Shown piece by piece: positions 23,701 through 36,679 of a DNA stretch of 64,000 nt (the stretch's first letter is position 1; every line of letters starts with the position of its first letter). A program made the position numbers and the translations under genes. The notes under the pieces are model-generated. The model was not told where the DNA came from, made no database searches, and was given only the letters and a program-made list of their open reading frames with translations. Origin of the DNA: Macrostomum lignano (lineage: Eukaryota); NCBI GenBank assembly GCA_002269645.1, contig NIVC01001186.1, positions 123,293 to 187,292 on the forward strand. Direction: 5' to 3'.

Positions 23701-24829
23701 CGCAGCGGTGACCATCATCGATGGCCAACCACATACACTCGAGATAACCTGGCTCAGTGAGCTCTCAGGTTCTCGGATTCGCTCAGCAGCCCTGCGCCCC
23801 TCTTCCTGCTCTGCCACCTCCAAAGCGATGATGCGGGCTTGCTCCGAGCCTCAGCCGAGCTCCAATTTATGACGATGTGACCTCCATGTCTTTTTGATTG
23901 GCCTCTAGCAGTAAAAATTTCGATGGATTTACATTCGTAGCAGATCAGCCAGCGTGTGATGTTGCAGGTCTCACGAGCAGTGTGCTCATACGGTTTGAAC
24001 CCACCGAGTCGGCTTATATTGCATGTAGTGCAAACCTCATGCACATAGGATGGGCAACGTGTCCTGCTCATTATTGTTTTTTAATAGAACTCGAACGAGT
24101 ATTGATTAAACACAATCAGACTTAAATGGGGCAAGTAGAAAGTTTTTCAGTCCTTATATCCGAATCACCAGGCGATTCGCCCTATATGCACACACACAGA
24201 TATGTTTACACGTTACATATGTGTATACACTAATTATTTTCTTACCGTTATTGAACAACAGTAATAAAACTGATAACATTCCCCAGTCCCCAGTCATATC
24301 AGCTAGTTTTAAAGACCACCACCCCACTTCCCCGCCGCCAAGTCAGCAGTATCAATAAAAACAATAACAAGGCAATAAGCTTTGCAAGCTCACTTTCACA
24401 AAAATTTTGTCCAATTCAAGTTATTCATTTACTAAGATCCATTTAGTTCATTTAGTTCATTTACTAGAGTGCGGAGGAACTCATCACCAAACAGTACACA
24501 CAGTCACCATCTAAGAAGCCTCTCTTTGAATTGTTTATATAAATTCAGAATTGCTTAACATTTCCTTCAGGACTCATTTTATATGTAGCGAAATTGCAAC
24601 AATTTTCCTATTTTGTTTCAGTAGAATGCTCATATAGTAGCACATACAAATGTTCACAGAACTCTTGCTGAGATGAAAGGCAAATGAGATGGAAGTGAAA
24701 GTTTACAAACTTTAGGAAAACATATTTTCAAAACATTTTTTGGTCGGCTCAATACAATGCAGTTTATTTTGAGTCCAGAGTCCATGCCATGCATCAAAAC
24801 ATCGGCTATGCCCCCCCCCCCCCTAATTT

Positions 24830-25030
24830 CCGTGGCATTCCCCGCGGCAGAGTTCTCCCATGCAAACACATAGGCCTATGTACTCTCACTTGGCCCTATG
24901 GAATTTCCATGGCTTTCCCTGCGGCAGAGTCCACCAATGCATTTACATAGGCGCTATGTTTACACACTATAGGACGTTGGTTTTCCCACGGAAATTCCTG
25001 CGGCAGAGTCCACATTTCCTATACTACTAC
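24830..25030 (-). repeat. Internal copy of the Polinton terminal inverted repeat
   Basis: Reverse complement matches 13268-13382 over ~110 bp; repeated GGACTCTGCCGCAGG subunits. Confidence 0.85.
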
Positions 25031-25040
25031 AGCTAGTTTT

Positions 25041-25312
25041 ACCGAACGGAAGACTTGAGTTCGGGCCAATCCATGCTCGCTTGTCCTCCCAGATACTGAG
25101 AGCGAGCTTACGTTGCTCAATGGTGAAAACGCGATGTTTCTCACTTCCAATTCGACGAACAGTGAGCGACAGCTTTGAAGCCCCCTTGAAGATCTTGACA
25201 TAGTCGTCGTGGGAGACTTCGTATGTTTCGTTCTTCAGCACGCTTCGTTGGATGCCTTTTGCTTTGCATGCCGCCGAGCTTTCAGCGAGGAAAGAATAGA
25301 GCTTGGGCCTTA
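25041..25312 (-). pseudogene. Second, shorter PolB C-terminal fragment
   Basis: LRPKLYSFLAESSAACKAKGIQRSVLKNETYEVSHDDY...LPFG; retains a segment deleted in the 21.6 kb copy. Confidence 0.88.
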
Positions 25313-25317
25313 GCGCT

Positions 25318-28016
25318 GAGAATTGATTTGAGAAATGTTGAGAAACCCAATATTGAGAAATATTGAGAAACCCAATATTGAGAAATATTGAGAAACCCAA
25401 TATTGAGAAATATTGAGAAACCCAATATTGAGAAATATTGAGAAACCCAATATTGAGAAATGTTGAGAAACCCAATATTGAGAAATATTGAGAAACCCAA
25501 TATTGAGAAATGTTGAGAAACCCAATATTGAGAAATGTTGAGAAACCCAATATTGAGAAATGTTGAGAAACCCAATATTGAGAAATGTTGAGAAACCCAA
25601 TATTGAGAAATGTTGAGAAACCCAATATTGAGAAATATTGAGAAACCCAATATTGAGAAATGTTGAGAAACCCAATATTGAGAAATATTGAGAAACCCAA
25701 TATTGAGAAATGTTGAGAAACCCAATATTGAGAAATGTTGAGAAACCCAATATTGAGAAATGTTGAGAAACCCAATATTGAGAAATGTTGAGAAACCCAA
25801 TATTGAGAAATGTTGAGAAATATTGAGAAACCCAATATTGAGAAATGTTGAGAAATATTGAGAAACCCAATATTGAGAAATGTTGAGAAACCCAATATTG
25901 AGAAATGTTGAGAAACCCAATATTGAGAAATGTTGAGAAACCCAATATTGAGAAATGTTGAGAAACCCAATATTGAGAAATGTTGAGAAACCCAATATTG
26001 AGAAATGTTGAGAAATATTGAGAAACCCAATATTGAGAAATGTTGAGAAACCCAATATTGAGAAATGTTGAGAAACCCAATATTGAGAAATGTTGAGAAA
26101 CCCAATATTGAGAAATGTTGAGAAACCCAATATTGAGAAATGTTGAGAAATATTGAGAAACCCAATATTGAGAAATGTTGAGAAATATTGAGAAACCCAA
26201 TATTGAGAAATGTTGAGAAACCCAATATTGAGAAATGTTGAGAAACCCAATATTGAGAAATGTTGAGAAACCCAATATTGAGAAATGTTGAGAAATATTG
26301 AGAAACCCAATATTGAGAAATGTTGAGAAATATTGAGAAACCCAATATTGAGAAATGTTGAGAAATATTGAGAAACCCAATATTGAGAAATGTTGAGAAA
26401 CCCAATATTGAGAAATGTTGAGAAACCCAATATTGAGAAATGTTGAGAAACCCAATATTGAGAAATATTGAGAAACCCAATATTGAGAAATGTTGAGAAA
26501 CCCAATATTGAGAAATGTTGAGAAACCCAATATTGAGAAATGTTGAGAAACCCAATATTGAGAAATGTTGAGAAACCCAATATTGAGAAATGTTGAGAAA
26601 CCCAATATTGAGAAATGTTGAGAAACCCAATATTGAGAAATGTTGAGAAACCCAATATTGAGAAATGTTGAGAAATATTGAGAAACCCAATATTGAGAAA
26701 TGTTGAGAAACCCAATATTGAGAAATGTTGAGAAACCCAATATTGAGAAATGTTGAGAAACCCAATATTGAGAAATGTTGAGAAATATTGAGAAACCCAA
26801 TATTGAGAAATGTTGAGAAATATTGAGAAACCCAATATTGAGAAATGTTGAGAAACCCAATATTGAGAAATGTTGAGAAACCCAATATTGAGAAATGTTG
26901 AGAAACCCAATATTGAGAAATGTTGAGAAACCCAATATTGAGAAATGTTGAGAAACCCAATATTGAGAAATGTTGAGAAATATTGAGAAACCCAATATTG
27001 AGAAATGTTGAGAAACCCAATATTGAGAAATGTTGAGAAACCCAATATTGAGAAATGTTGAGAAACCCAATATTGAGAAATGTTGAGAAACCCAATATTG
27101 AGAAATGTTGAGAAATATTGAGAAACCCAATATTGAGAAATGTTGAGAAATATTGAGAAACCCAATATTGAGAAATGTTGAGAAACCCAATATTGAGAAA
27201 TGTTGAGAAATATTGAGAAACCCAATATTGAGAAATGTTGAGAAATATTGAGAAACCCAATATTGAGAAATGTTGAGAAATATTGAGAAACCCAATATTG
27301 AGAAATGTTGAGAAACCCAATATTGAGAAATGTTGAGAAACCCAATATTGAGAAATGTTGAGAAACCCAATATTGAGAAATGTTGAGAAACCCAATATTG
27401 AGAAATGTTGAGAAACCCAATATTGAGAAATATTGAGAAACCCAATATTGAGAAATGTTGAGAAACCCAATATTGAGAAATGTTGAGAAACCCAATATTG
27501 AGAAATGTTGAGAAACCCAATATTGAGAAATGTTGAGAAACCCAATATTGAGAAATGTTGAGAAACCCAATATTGAGAAATGTTGAGAAACCCAATATTG
27601 AGAAATGTTGAGAAACCCAATATTGAGAAATGTTGAGAAACCCAATATTGAGAAATATTGAGAAACCCAATATTGAGAAATGTTGAGAAACCCAATATTG
27701 AGAAATGTTGAGAAACCCAATATTGAGAAATGTTGAGAAACCCAATATTGAGAAATATTGAGAAACCCAATATTGAGAAATGTTGAGAAACCCAATATTG
27801 AGAAATGTTGAGAAACCCAATATTGAGAAATATTGAGAAACCCAATATTGAGAAATGTTGAGAAACCCAATATTGAGAAATATTGAGAAACCCAATATTG
27901 AGAAATGTTGAGAAACCCAATATTGAGAAATATTGAGAAACCCAATATTGAGAAATGTTGAGAAACCCAATATTGAGAAATATTGAGAAACCCAATATTG
28001 AGAAATATTGAGAAAA
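25318..28016. repeat. 2.7-kb satellite of 15-mer GAGAAACCCAATATT and 10-mer GAGAAAT[G/A]TT (25-bp basic unit)
   Basis: Direct reading; source of the 887-1023 aa spurious ORFs. Confidence 0.98.
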
Positions 28017-28046
28017 TTGTATTGAGTCCACATTTCCCCTACTACT

Positions 28047-28180
28047 GTAGCTGAGTGTTTATTTGCTATAGCTTGGTGTTTAATTGCTATAGCTTGGTGT
28101 TTAATTGCTATAGCTTGGTGTTTAATTGCTATAGCTTGGTGTTTAATTGCTATAGCCGGATGTTTAATCGCTAGCCGGAT
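28047..28180. repeat. 21-bp minisatellite (AGCTTGGTGTTTAATTGCTAT), right part of the split array
   Basis: Same orientation and unit family as 12925-13267. Confidence 0.9.
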
Positions 28181-28660
28181 GCGTCCACAGTAAACACAAG
28201 ATGAAATGCCAACTTAATGTGGGTACAGCTACGCTTCTGTTGTTTATATAATACTATACTTGGCCCCTTGTAGAAGACATTATGCAAATTTCGGCAGGTG
28301 AGGCTCACCTGTCTGTAAAATTAAACCTGAGAAAAGCAAACAAAAATTACATGCACTGTATCGCAGTTTTGCCACCCTTTTGCTTGAAACACCAATAAAC
28401 CTTTTAGAAGCGGGCAAGCAAAGTAATGCGAGAAATAATGCTGGTTCAACGGATGTTACGTTGCAAAAATTGCAATTTGCAATGTACGCCATTATACTGT
28501 CTGCATGGCACACAGTGAATCCGTAAATGATACACGGATAGACGGCTTTACATCATTTTCTGTTTAAAATAAAAAGTATCTGTTGGCCAGCACTGCAAAA
28601 GAAAGTTTCTGAAAAAATAAGTAACAATTTTACGAAGTTCACCGTTTATATAGTTCGACA

Positions 28661-30818
28661 ATGAGCTCAAACGCTAATGACGATGTAAGTTAGTAACTCA
28701 AGTTTTGTGTAAAAATCGTGTAAAAATTGGAGATGACGTCATATATGGACTATTTGTTTGCTAGTGACAACTGTCACTGGCAGTCAATTGTTACTGACAG
28801 TCAAATGTCACTGGCAGTCAATTGTCACTGACAGTCAATTGTCACTGGCAGTCAAATGTCACTGGCAGTCAAATGTCACTGACAGTCAAATGTCACTGAC
28901 AGTCAAATGTCACTGACAGTCAAATGTCACTGACAGTCAATTGTCATTGGTAGTAAAATTTAAACCCTATAAGCTTTCCCTAAACTTCAAGACATTTGAC
29001 AGAAGAGTTGATTAATATTTCGTTTTTTAGTTGACGACAATTTCAACCCTACAGGCCGACATCACCACGGAGCGTCAGCACCTGCTATCAAAATCAGAGG
29101 TGCAGCCGACAACGATGGAAATCTCTATGGTGTTCAAGCTGAAGTGCTTCATCTATGCGATGTTGCTGATTGCCCTAGGCTTTGTAACTACTATTGTTGA
29201 AACGCAGGACTTCTTAGAGGACGTCGAAAAAACTGATACAAGCGATCGAGCTGCCAGAACTCGAGGCATCATTAAATGGATTTGCTTTGGTATTAATTGC
29301 GCCTACCTGCTTCCCGCCATAGCTGGACTTCTGTACCTGCAGAGGTGGGCCATAGTGCAAGGCAAACTGCCTCTAGTTGCATTGCAGGTGTGCGACCATG
29401 GGTCTCAATCAGACTTGTTGCAACAAAAAGCAGGAGTTTTGCTTCTGAAGAGCGTTAATCGATATGTCTACCTGCCAAGGAGGCTGAACAGCTCGCCATC
29501 CATGCTCATAATCTTAACGTCACTATTATTCGCGCTATTCTCTTGCTTGTCCATCATATTCGAAATGGCATGCGGAGTTATTGCGTCAATTAAAAGTGCA
29601 GAATTTTTACCTGACGTATTCGGATGCATGATTTTGCTAATTTTTATTATAACTCAGGCGAGGTTTTCTATTCTATACGGCAGGGTTAGCTTCCAATGGA
29701 AGCTGCGCGTAGCCTGCTTAGTTTTTGCCCACGTCATTGCCACAAACATTTCCGCCTGGTTCTTCAGTGTTGGCTTCGAATTGAGTGAAATAATTTCCAA
29801 TGAAACTGCCCACGGGGAGTTTGCTGGCTCCTATTGTACAATGTTTCCAATCATTCGAAGTCTCTATCCGTTCTTAACTGAGTACTACGTGATGAGCGCG
29901 CTCATCGTATTCGGATTTTCGGCCAATGTTGGAAAACTCGGCGTTGCGATTAAAGAAGCTGCAGCTGGAGGAATTCGAATTAGTACCGAGAGCATCCGGG
30001 ATCTGCTGACAAAATCGGGCTCACCGCGCACAGGACACACTTGGCGTGCTGAGCGCTCTATGATGAGGCGGTACTCCAGTCGAATTTCCGTTGGCGTCGG
30101 CTTACTGCTCATCACGCTAGCTGCCGCTATTTTTCTCAGATATCAAAGCACAGACAAGATATACCCGCAGGTAGTGTTCTACTGCATCCTGATCCTGCTA
30201 TACTCGAGCGGTATGGCCTGCAACTGTCTGCTACTAGGAGCAATTAGTACGAGTAGAACTAGCTGTCAAAGGTTTAGCAGTATTCACGGCACTGATCGGA
30301 TTCTACTGTGGCTAGGCGCTCTAGCGATCGCAGTGAACAATATCTACACCATCGGGATGAGTGTTGCTCAAATTTTACGGGAGTATAATGTCTCGTATAA
30401 ATTACCTGGATTGATCCTAAGCGCGGTCTGTTCTTGTATTAATATCGGTCAGAGCTTGCTGCAAGTGTTTACTCTGGAGTGCACTTTGCTCTGCAGGTTC
30501 AGCTCCGGCAAGAATCAATACGGTCAGGCTATGTTGACAGTTCTCATGATAGTAAATGCTGCCCAGTGGCTCGACAACACAATCTGCTTTAGTTTCTTCT
30601 TTCCTAAAAATCAGCTAAACGATGCTCGAGTTCTTTCTCTTCTAACTGTACCCCTGCAGGTGTTTTTCCGTTTCCACTCGATTGCCTGCATGCACGACAT
30701 TAAGAAGCATTGTAACGATTTGCACGCGGCCCATTCAGACAATCATTCGGCACAAGTGGCCGAACAAGCTGTTGAGCGTCTCAATGAAGAACCAATAGAC
30801 TTTCCTGACGACAGCTAG
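28661..30818 (+). CDS. Otopetrin-family proton channel; probable exons 28661-28684 and 29031-30818 (~603 aa)
   Basis: FAHVIATNISAW, SLYPFLTEY, QSLLQVF and FFRFHS motifs; many TM segments. Micro first exon inferred from ATG...GAT|GTAAGT and TTTTAG|TTG, both phase 0. Confidence 0.82.
28770..28950. repeat. 17-bp minisatellite (AAATGTCACTGACAGTC) in the otopetrin intron
   Basis: Direct reading. Confidence 0.9.
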
Positions 30819-31399
30819 TTTTGGACGTTGAAACTTTGATTCGTGACCTTTCTTAGTATACTCTGGATTGGGCATGGCAGGTATCGCACTACGAGTACAA
30901 TGAATGATTAAGTTGATGCAGAATTTTTTGGTTAACTATTTAACGATATTATTTTTTCGCGTTTCGACGATTTTGTAGATTTCAAAAGCAATTTGATAGC
31001 GGTTGTGTTGTCATTATAATTCAATTACATTCAAATCACCCATATTTTAGTGCCACTAGTTATACAGTAATTGTCAAAGATTAGTTTACAGTAAAAATTA
31101 CAATAATTGCTCCTTACTTAAAGTAGCATATCCCAAGGTTAAACTAGAAGCTTTATTTTTTGCTTTCAAATTAAATAAATTCTGCGAGATAAATTTTAAT
31201 TAAGCGCTTTGTCGAAAACTGTAACTTCAGACCAGGGCCTTTGGCAAGGCACTTTAACTTACATGTTTGTTATATCACGAGTAAAGGCATACGAAACTTA
31301 AAACGAAACAACAATTTGTTCGAAATAAATTGTCAGCCAGTAGTGCTGTAGAGTGGTCTACCTCCCACAAAAGGAAGTAAAATTGTTAATCACAGAATA

Positions 31400-31830
31400 C
31401 TGTAAGTAAGCTAGTGCACACATGCGCACCGAAACTTTAACTATGAATCATGTTACTATTTATAGCAGAAGAATGAGTCATGTTATTAATTATAGTATGC
31501 GATGAGTCATGTTACCCCTTATAGCGCAACACATGAGTCACGTTGCTATTTATGGCTTGCCGAATCGTCTATAAATATAAGTGGTCCAAAGCGGACCTGG
31601 AGTCATTCTCCCAATGACAGGAGGAGCTCCGAAGAGGAAGCCTTAGGAGGACTTCCTGAAGACTAACTCAATCGAGACTCGGTAGAGTTCTTGCGGTAAG
31701 CCTTTCTCATTTGCGCCCGTTGTTTGAGTCGACTCACTATTGTTGTCGTGTCTACTGGTGACGAGAACTACTGAAGAGACATTTCATCCGGATTAAAGGT
31801 AATAAATACCTTCATTTGATAACTGGGTTG
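31400..31830 (+). mobile_element. Possible solo-LTR-like sequence with short internal repeats
   Basis: TG start, ATGAGTCATGTT repeats, TATAAATA, AATAAA; no second LTR or clear PBS. Confidence 0.25.
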
Positions 31831-32289
31831 CCTAGCAGTCTACCCAGTTGCCTAGCAGATTTCTAAGAAAAGTCTTGGTAATAAGGAACACATTTAGTGC
31901 GTCGGAAAACGTCACAGGACACGTCACAGTTTTACAAGCGAAAAGAGGTGAGAAAGCGATAGCTCCTAGACAAACCTTTTTATTGATAATTCAGTATGGA
32001 AGGCCAGGTGCATAGTAAATATTGAACCAATAATATCTAAGGAAAGTTGGAAAGCCTCTCTATCGGACCCTCGGGGGGTCTTTTAAGACGTTACAATAGC
32101 AATCCCGCCCGCTCAAGGTTGATGTCTCTCTTGAGTTCCTCTTCTTGTTTTTTCTCTCTTTCCCCTCTTCTCACTTCTCTCTTCTCTCTACCCTCTTCTC
32201 TGCCTTCTCTCCCCTCTCTTCCCTTTCCACTCCCGTTAATAATTCGGTATGGTAGGGCAGGTGCATAGTAAATATCTGATCGATATATA

Positions 32290-32559
32290 CTCAACAACAT
32301 CAAAAAGTCGCCATCACAGAAGATTCCGTCTGTGGTCGCCACTTTTGAGAGTGCAGGTGAAGTCTGTCGCTGTAGACTTGTAGCTACGTCGCGGCAGACT
32401 TAGGTTGAGGGAACGAAGTGGGCGAGCGGTGTGCGAGGGTTGGACGGATTAAAGCCACCCAGATCAGTTTTCTCGTATCTTTTATTTCGGAATAAGTCCA
32501 AGAGAAATTGCTCACTGGCGCATACGAGCGTAGAGTGGCGACTTTTCAATGTTGCTGAG
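32290..32559. mobile_element. TA-flanked MITE (TIR CTCA[A/G]CAACAT[C/T][A/G]AAAAGTCGCCA)
   Basis: Inverted ends, both bordered by TATA. Confidence 0.7.
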
Positions 32560-33399
32560 TATATAATACTTACGGTTAAAAGCACACCCGTAATATTTCT
32601 CAGTAAGTGATTTTTTGGCTAGTCCAGACTCCTAGCTTAAGGCGTCTTTGGAACTGACTAAGATCAGTAGGGGACCAGGGTAGGGAGGGATATCCCGATC
32701 AACATACGTGAACGTTACCAATCGTCTCTATCTCTCTTCCCCTTCCAAAAGTTTTTCAGGCGCCATATGTACAATATTAAAAGTCTCCAGGATCGCAATT
32801 CAACTGTGCTTAGCAACGTCAATTACGAGAGCTCACAACATCACTCATCACTGTACAGTTAGAAATGATTGCTACTCAAAATGGCCTTCTTAACAAAGCA
32901 GCGCCCCCCTTACCCCATTCCAAACCCGTCAAAGCTTAATATCAGTTTTACGCCAATTAGTTAAAATGTTTTTTATTATATCAGTTACCTTCTAAACCAG
33001 CCCACTCGACCACCATGCGAGAGTAACAGCTATATACTACAGAAAGAGCATTTTCTAGTAAAACAAATCATTTTTACAGTTTAAATTTTCGGTTAAAGCG
33101 CGTTTCCGGTGCACTGAGTAAATTGGTTTAATAACACGGATAAAGTGAAATTACGATGTATAACTTTTTTATAACTAGAATCAGTTGCCACTGACTTCGT
33201 TCGCAGGAACGAAGAATATTGCAATGTTTTCTTAGAAATTGTATTAAGAAGTAAATTTAATTTAACAGTTAAACTTTGCTGTTGAAGGAAGGAATAAGAG
33301 ATACAAAAAGCAACAGACTCATACAGTGTGTGAAAAAGATTGGTGAATCGGGACACAGGTAGTTGCGTTAAGGTAGAAGCGCAAGACTGCACGGACAGC

Positions 33400-33830
33400 G
33401 GCAGGTTCAGATAATGAATATAAAAGCAGGTAGCCGGGCTCAACCCTAAGGCTGCTTTCCCCGACGCTGAAACCTCCGGCCCGAGTGCAAGTGCACTTTA
33501 AGCGGCATTGTCGCACGACCGGCGAGAGGCATTACTGCCCATTCTGCCAACTTCCCTGAGCAGGCACACAAGCGCGCGGATACGCACGCAGTCATACGCA
33601 CAGGCACACACTCACACAGGAGTGTACAGCGGCTCTAACTTTATTTATCGTTAGGCATGTACACTTCACTGTGCCTTGGGGGTTGGCCCTCAAAGGCCGT
33701 TAATTGCACGAGCAAACTCAATCTGAGATTCCAATTTAGCCCCAAATTAATGTGACGCACTAGAAATCGAGCCTGGGCCGCTGGCACACCAGAGCGCCGA
33801 GCTAGACCACTGGACTACATCGACGGAGGT
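33400..33830 (-). mobile_element. tRNA-derived SINE family 2
   Basis: Homologous to 47455-47680; tRNA-like head at the right end. Confidence 0.7.
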
Positions 33831-33993
33831 GCATCGGTACAACATGGAGAATGCACGTAAGGAGCCCAAGCAGAAGCATGTAGCTAATAGGTCCCCACAT
33901 ACGTAGGGAGCCTCAGAACTCCAAGACAGCCTACCATCTCTTATTATTCTTCACATATCGAGCCCAGTTAATCCGTTTTGGAGTCTTCCTTCA

Positions 33994-34391
33994 TCACTGA
34001 ATGTAGAAGCCGTATGCCTCGAGCTCGCGCAGGCACAGGTAATCACTGAGATGACTCAGTATGCGAACTTTGCTCCCAGTCATGCCGCAGGTCACGTTTC
34101 TCATTTTGAAATGCTGCGTCACCTTTACGCCGTCCACTAGTATTTCAAAGTTTTCAACCGTTCCGGAGCGTGACCCAGCCTGTTGTACACGGTGACGTAA
34201 GCCACAACAGCCGTCTTGACTAGGTCAGCCCCTCCATTGGTGTGAATGCAGGAGCCACTATCGAAGTTCGAATCCGCATTTCCGTCCATGTTATTAGTGC
34301 ACAAGCCGCCATGGGCTACCGAATGTTGGCTGCAGTTGAATTGTAGCTTCTGAGGAGCTGAAGACGGCTTCACGGTGTTATATACTTTCAC
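33994..34391 (-). pseudogene. F-type lectin domain pseudogene (frameshift; PWW motif deleted)
   Basis: MDGNADSNFDSGSCIHT...VTVYNRLGHAPERL, then in a shifted frame ...CGMTGSKVRI...YLCLRELEAYG. Confidence 0.7.
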
Positions 34392-34588
34392 GGTAACATT
34401 TTACAATTAACCATTACATATGCGAAAAAGTTCGTAGTGATTAAAACGCTCTCTGTGAATCGCCAGCACCAAAGGGCGTCAGCACCAATGATCAAAGCAA
34501 GAGTGAGAGATGTACAGACTACAGCCTTACAGGGACCACGAGCGCAACATTTGCTGTTGTTGCCGAAATGAGAGGACAGCTACAGCTA

Positions 34589-34589
<1 letters not shown>

Positions 34590-34667
<78 letters not shown>

Positions 34668-34781
34668 CCTCTTCACTTGCCCTGACGAAGAAATGTAATA
34701 ATTTCGAAATATCGGCAATTCAACTAAATTGACTTTGTTCAGTCCTTTCCACCGTGTCAGTGCCTGAGATTGGAGGTGCCC

Positions 34782-34836
<55 letters not shown>
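34590..34836. repeat. Two (CT)n tracts (34590-34670 and 34781-34836) bracketing hammerhead copy 2
   Basis: Direct reading. Confidence 0.95.
34677..34718 (+). ncRNA. Minimal type I hammerhead ribozyme, copy 2
   Basis: TTGCC-CTGACGA-A-GAAAT(gtaata)ATTTC-GAAA-TATC-GGCAA; predicted cleavage after C34713. Confidence 0.8.
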
Positions 34837-34839
<3 letters not shown>

Positions 34840-34889
34840 GTATATAAATGGGTGCTTTGAAAAGAACGTTAGTGCACTAATAAACAACG

Positions 34890-35702
34890 TACAGATGTGA
34901 CACAAGCACTCACTAATAGACAACAGATGTGACACACAAGCACTCACTAATAGACAACAGGTGTGACACACAAGCACTCACTAATAGACAACAGATGTGA
35001 CACACAAGCACTCACTAATAGACAGCAGGTGTGACACACAAGCACTCACTAATAGACAACAGGTGTGACACACAAGCACTCACTAATAGACAACAGGTGT
35101 GACACACAAGCACTCACTAATAGACAACAGATGTGACACACAAGCACTCACTAATAGACAACAGGTGTGACACACAAGCACTCACTAATAGACAACAGAT
35201 GTGACACACAAGCACTCACTAATAGACAACAGGTGTGACACACAAGCACTCACTAATAGACAACTGGTGTGACACACAAGCACTCACTAATAGACAACTG
35301 GTGTGACACAAGCACTCACTAATAGACAACAGATGTGACACACAAGCACTCACTAATAGACAACAGATGTGACACACAAGCACTCACTAATAGACAACAG
35401 GTGTGACACACAAGCACTCACTAATAGACAACTGGTGTGACACACAAGCACTCACTAATAGACAACAGGTGTGACACACAAGCACTCACTAATAGACAAC
35501 AGGTGTGACACACAAGCACTCACTAATAGACAACAGGTGTGACACACAAGCACTCACTAATAGACAACAGGTGTGACACACAAGCACTCACTAATAGACA
35601 ACTGGTGTGACACACAAGCACTCACTAATAGACAACAGGTGTGACACACAAGCACTCACTAATAGACAACTGGTGTGACACACAAGCACTCACTAATAGA
35701 CA
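34890..35702. repeat. 34-bp minisatellite, copy 2
   Basis: Same unit as 2236-3040. Confidence 0.97.
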
Positions 35703-36441
35703 TATTAGGAGTCGACTCGATAATCTCTTGCATGCTTACAGAGGCGTCACAAGGTGGGGTGGGGGAGACAAAGCATTGACATGTTTCTTATAGCTTTTGC
35801 TTCATCTGGGGGAGGGACATATCCCCCAGACCCCCCTCGGTGGCGACGCCTCAGCTCGCTTAATAACTACAATACATGTAGATAGTTTTTACGGATATTG
35901 TGCGGTAACGTTCTTTGTGGTATTTTAAAAGTTGTACACCATTTTACCCTCGATTTTGAACAAGGAGAACTTCGAAACTGACAAACTCCTCTTCAATATT
36001 GACACTCTATGGTGGGGCACTCAAAATCAACAATCAATATTGACAGACAAGCTTCATTTTTGACAAACTCTGGTTCAATTTTGACAATGCACGTTTAGTC
36101 AACTTCTCCTGGGAGAATTCGGTAACAAAGTAATCCACTGAAAGCCTGAACGGGGCTGAAGTGAGCTGTGCAATATCAGCTTATTCTGATTTTGCTTTTT
36201 GGATCTACAAGTATTGATAAAATTTATTTTTCTTCATCCTTTACACACACAGACTAAAATAGCCTGACTGGTTGGGCTGCAAAGTCTGATTCTATTTTGA
36301 CAGAGTTGCTTCAAAACTGACACTCTATGGTTTGTGTACCCAAAAAGTCCGCTTCATTTTTGACAACTCCGAATCAATATTGAACAGTTAACAATCGATT
36401 TTGACTAAGACATTTTTTGAAATAGATTTTGACAATTTTTA

Positions 36442-36656
36442 CACCTTTTCACGTTCAATTTTGATCAAAGTCCAGTTCTAAAAAAACTAGCGGAAATTCA
36501 ATTCAGACTGAGGATAATTTTGTCTATGGCTAAACCTTACTTCGGTTAGAATGTTTTGAGCTGGGGTTAGACTGGGCCCCAGTCTAAATTGTCTGAATTG
36601 AATTTCCGCTAGTTTTTTAGAACTGGACTTTGATCAAAATTAAACGTGAAAAGGTG
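36442..36656. mobile_element. Palindromic MITE (CACCTTTTCACG...CGTGAAAAGGTG) nested in the left arm, TA TSD
   Basis: Absent from the right arm at the equivalent TA. Confidence 0.85.
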
Positions 36657-36679
36657 TACTAAGATTTCTCTCTTGAGGG

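Larger units (their letters stand above)
13268..28046. mobile_element. Degenerate Polinton/Maverick-derived unit (~14.8 kb) with host sequence in its centre
   Basis: Inverted termini AGTAGTAG(TAG)GGGAAAT..GGACTC at both ends; near-TSD ATAGCT/GTAGCT; integrase, minor capsid and major capsid start on +, protein-primed PolB on -. Confidence 0.7.

Noticed and set aside
23374-24125. Gene call for the Ala/Pro- or Gly/Ala-repeat ORFs
   Set aside because: Both strands are open because of a 36-bp GC-rich repeat; no recognisable domain or splice structure
24960-28033. Three 887-1023 aa ORFs
   Set aside because: Translations of a stop-free satellite strand; only the last ~90 codons are real (PolB fragment)
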